This document shows, piece after piece, positions 60,594 to 64,000 of a stretch of 64,000 bases of DNA. The stretch comes from Phaeosaccion multiseriatum (Eukaryota; Protista; Ochrophyta, other classes), in assembly GCA_965112735.1 (NCBI GenBank), contig OZ218956.1, positions 1,922,001-1,986,000 on the forward strand, given 5' to 3'. Each line of letters begins with the position of its first letter. The stretch's first letter is position 1. The notes under the pieces are model-generated. The model saw only the letters and a list, made by a program, of their open reading frames with translations. It had not been told where the DNA came from and did not search any database. Position numbers and translations under genes: made by a program.

Positions 60594-62544
60594 ATGAGGT
60601 GGGTGCTTCCCGGTGGCGCTCGGAAGCGCCAGCGGGAAGAGGAGCCCCTCCTGCAGCGACATGCTCATCCCCATGACGTCTTTGAGCCCCTGGATCCATT
60701 GCGAGCCCCCCCGCCATCTGCGAGAAGGAGAAGATGGGGAGGATGGGTGGCCGCCCCCATGATCACTTTAGTTCTTTTTGCGTGGATGTTCACCGCGGTG
60801 AGAGAAACGGCAGAGGAGGAGAGGGCAAGAGCTCACACTCAGAACGTTGACAGTGGAGCGTTACAAGGAAATGAGACTCTCCTACAGGAGGGGGCAGCAG
60901 GGCAGCAGCAGCAACAGCAGCGAGGGGAAGAGGGGGGCGACGGGAACCGGGCACAACAGTCCAATAATGGCGACAAGGATGGTGCTGCAGACGTCGAGCT
61001 CTCTCCTCCCCCGAACATCATCTACATAATGGTAGATGACATGGGATGGAACGACATTGGCTACCAATCCACAGACCTTTCAGAGGTGACGCCGTTCCTC
61101 GATCGCATGGCATCGGAGGGCATCAAGTTGGATCAATACTACAGCATGTATCTATGCACACCTGCTCGGGCTGCGCTCATGACGGGTCGGTACCCGTACC
61201 GATACGGGCTCCAGTACTCGGTCATCCAGCCAGGGGCGCCCTACGGTCTTTCCTTGGAGGAGAAGCTGCTGCCGCAGTTTCTGAAGGAGGCTGGATACAA
61301 CACTCACATGGTTGGCAAGTGGCATCTTGGGTCTTTCCATGATCCTTATCTCCCGCACCACCGCGGATTCGACACCTTCCTGGGCTACCTCAACGACGAA
61401 GAGGATTACTGGACCCACCAGAGCTACAGTACCACAGAGGACGGAAGGAAGTTCTTTGACTTTGGCTTCGGCGGTCCAGATGGTTCCTACCATGTCGGAG
61501 CTTCGCACACGCCCTACCAGCAGTGAGTAGTACCAGTCCCACGATGCGCGTGCGTTTCTTTTCTTCATAGTTAGCAGAGGGGGGGCACAGTCCGCTTCAC
61601 GTCGCCTCTGATCTCTTCCTCCCCCCCTCCCTCCCTCCCTCCCTCCCTCCCTCCCTCCCTCCCTCCCTCCCTCCCTCCCTCCCTCCCTCACTCCCTCCCT
61701 CCCTCCCTCCTTCTTCCCTCCCTCCCTTTCTCCCTCCCTCTCTCCCTCCTCCCCTCCCTTCCTTCCTTCCTCCCTCCCTCCCTCCAGACCTATGGACTAC
61801 ACTGGCAAGTACTCAACGCGGGTCTTTACAGAGCGCGCCATTGACATCCTGCGTGAGAACGCAAAGCAAGAGGACACCAATCCTCTGTTCCTCTATGTGT
61901 CCCATCAAGCCGTGCATACGCCCCTCGGCCCTCCTCCAGAGGCGGACATTCCTCTCCACATTAGAAAGACCATCCGTGACATGGATGTGTCTCATGAGAG
62001 GAAGCAGTTTGCGTTAGTTCTTGCCTATTTGGATGGTGAGTGAGGGAGGGAGGGGAAGGAGGGAAAGGAGGGATTTACGGAGAGAGGGGAGGGAGGGAGG
62101 GAGGGAGGGAGGGAGGGAGGGAGGGATCAGTCAGTGACGCACTGACTCACTGACTCACTGACCTCGCATCCAACCAACCAATGCCCCGCTCCCCTGCCCC
62201 TTCCCTCAGTGAGCATCAAAAAGATGATAGACACGTTGACGTCCGAAGCAAGCCTTACCAACACGCTCGTGATTGTGACGTCCGACAACGGCGGCTGCCC
62301 GCAATACGGAGGAAGCAACTACCCCCTCCGAGGCATCAAACACTCCTACTTCGACGGCGGAAACCGAGTACCCGCCTTTATTTGGTCACCTTCGAACCAC
62401 GTCATCCCCTCGGCCTTACGGGGCACCACGTACAACCACTTGATGCACGTCACGGATTGGTTACCCACTCTCGGTCACTTGACCCAAGTCGACTATGCAG
62501 GGCACTCGCCCCTTGACGGGGCTAACCACTGGCCGGCCCTGGTC

Positions 62545-62593
<49 letters not shown>

Positions 62594-63354
62594 CGAGCGA
62601 AGAGTCAAGGTCAGGATCCGGGTCAGGATCACGGTCAGGGCCAAGGTCCGACGAGGACGAGGAGGAAGAAAGCAGGCCTGACAGCAGCAGAACCAGAGTG
62701 AGCACCCCCCCCCCACGCACCGAGTTGGTGTACAACTGGGACAACTATCAAAAGGACACCGTAGGGTACGCTAGTAGCACCTCCAGGCACTACGGAGTGG
62801 AGGTGCCGCCGAAGGGCGCCATCCGAGTGGGGCGATACAAGCTCATTATTCAGGAGTGGTGCTTCGGCTACTACAGCTTCCTCTCCACCGACCGTTATAA
62901 CGAGAACATGTGCACCGACCTGGGCGAGTGCTGGTCGTGTGGCAAGACGTGCATTGATGAGACGGAGTACCTGCCCAACAGTTTCCTTTTCGACCTCGAA
63001 GCCGACCCCACAGAGCAATTCAACTTGCTGGAGACCGAGCCCGTCCTTGCCAGGACCCTCTTTGAGAGGTGGGTGGAGCTGACGGAGTCGCACGTGGAGT
63101 CCGTTCTAGTCGACCAGCTCTCTACCGCCGCGGAATCGATTTGGGAGAATCACGAGGACTGTATGGTGCCCTGGTGGCATGAGTTTTTGGAGCACAATTC
63201 GACGGGCTATCCGGACCCCGCGGGCAATTTCTCGGCCATGCCCACTCCGCCCGAGTCTAGCGGCGAGACGAGTGGGTCCTACGTGTGGAATCCGAGTAAT
63301 GCTGACACGGAGGATAAGCCCACGACCATGCCTGTCACCAGCTCCTTTCCCTAA
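60594..63354 (+). CDS. Formylglycine-dependent arylsulfatase (S1, ARSB/I/J-like), N-terminally membrane-anchored; 3 exons
   Basis: [31 protein letters not shown] (CxPxR), [53 protein letters not shown]. Exons 60594-61522, 61788-62035, 62210-63354. Confidence 0.95.
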
Positions 63355-63718
63355 CTCTAGCCAATCTCACTAGCTACTCTGAGGCGAGGGGAGGGGAGGG
63401 TAGTGACAGCGATGGATGGATGGCACTCCATGTTTCAGTTTCAGTTTCTTTGAATGGTTGTGTAACCGCCATGCTCGACGTCACCCTTTCCCTTTCCTGT
63501 GCTTCGCTGTATTGTTGTCTTTTTCTTTCTTTGTTCTGCTCATTTTGATCGTGTTGAGTCTGGGGTAGCAGGAGACTGGGTTGTGGCCTTATGCCTCTCC
63601 CACTTTTGTACCATATTTATTTTTTCTTCAATTTTTGATTGCCTTGCTTATTATTTTAATCAGAAGCATCGGCAGCAGTTTAGTTTAAGCCACTTATAAT
63701 ATTATCGGTGGGTGCAAG

Positions 63719-64000
63719 TCAACCAATCTTTCTCTCTCTCTCTCTCTCTCTCCGCTGTGCCTGTTGGAACTGCTCCTCTGACGCAAGCAGGTTGCTGTCG
63801 TTGGTATTGCGGGGGCAGTGGACCAAATGCCGATGGGCGCCCTCCCCGCAGTTCTCCCCGCACCACACACAGAAGGTTGCTTTGCACCGCGAGCACTCAA
63901 CGGCGCAACAGGCATCAAGTCCACCCAGGCCTGACCGCAAGCAGCAGGGCAGTGGAGGGTGAGGATGTGCTGCACAATGTGCTGTCGATGAAGGCGGACC
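63719..64000 (-). pseudogene. 3' fragment of an RBR-type E3 ligase (RING2/IBR-like) with a 1-nt frameshift; continues beyond the window
   Basis: ILTLHCPAACGQAWVD is in one frame and DACCAVECSRCKATFCVWCGENCGEGAHRHLVHCPRN in another. They join if one T is restored in GAC-TT-GAT near 63917-63919. Confidence 0.65.

Overview
Eukaryotic, intron-rich window with GC-rich coding sequence. It is most consistent with an ochrophyte/stramenopile alga; this is inferred mainly from a YGGT/YlmG gene with an N-terminal signal peptide. Introns are GT-AG (one GC-AG) and are packed with microsatellites (GA, GT, GGAG, GAGT, GGA), so most ORFs in the six-frame track are artefacts. Spliced genes were assembled by hand. 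Genes in order: 3' part of a queuosine-salvage (QNG1/DUF2419)-like gene; two tandem intronless CHASE-domain hybrid histidine kinases, each with a different nonsense lesion; omega-amidase NIT2; a UBL-SIM-SWIM-RING E3 ligase; a ~17 kb gene for a beta-propeller/Cys-rich/multi-pass membrane protein; a secreted Cys-rich vWD-like protein; YlmG; an STI1-domain protein; a PWWP-like protein; carnosine N-methyltransferase; an SLC35B/UAA transporter; an intronless PPR-SMR protein with 22 highly homogenised repeats; an arylsulfatase; and a frameshifted RBR E3 fragment. Non-coding elements: a foldback MITE family (two copies), a second dispersed repeat (two copies), minisatellites, and a G:U-rich pre-miRNA-like hairpin. 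Top leads: (1) the TALE-like PPR-SMR RNA nuclease candidate; (2) the duplicated CHASE kinases, whose sensor-region differences are all non-synonymous; (3) the hairpin; (4) the STUbL-like SWIM-RING ligase.
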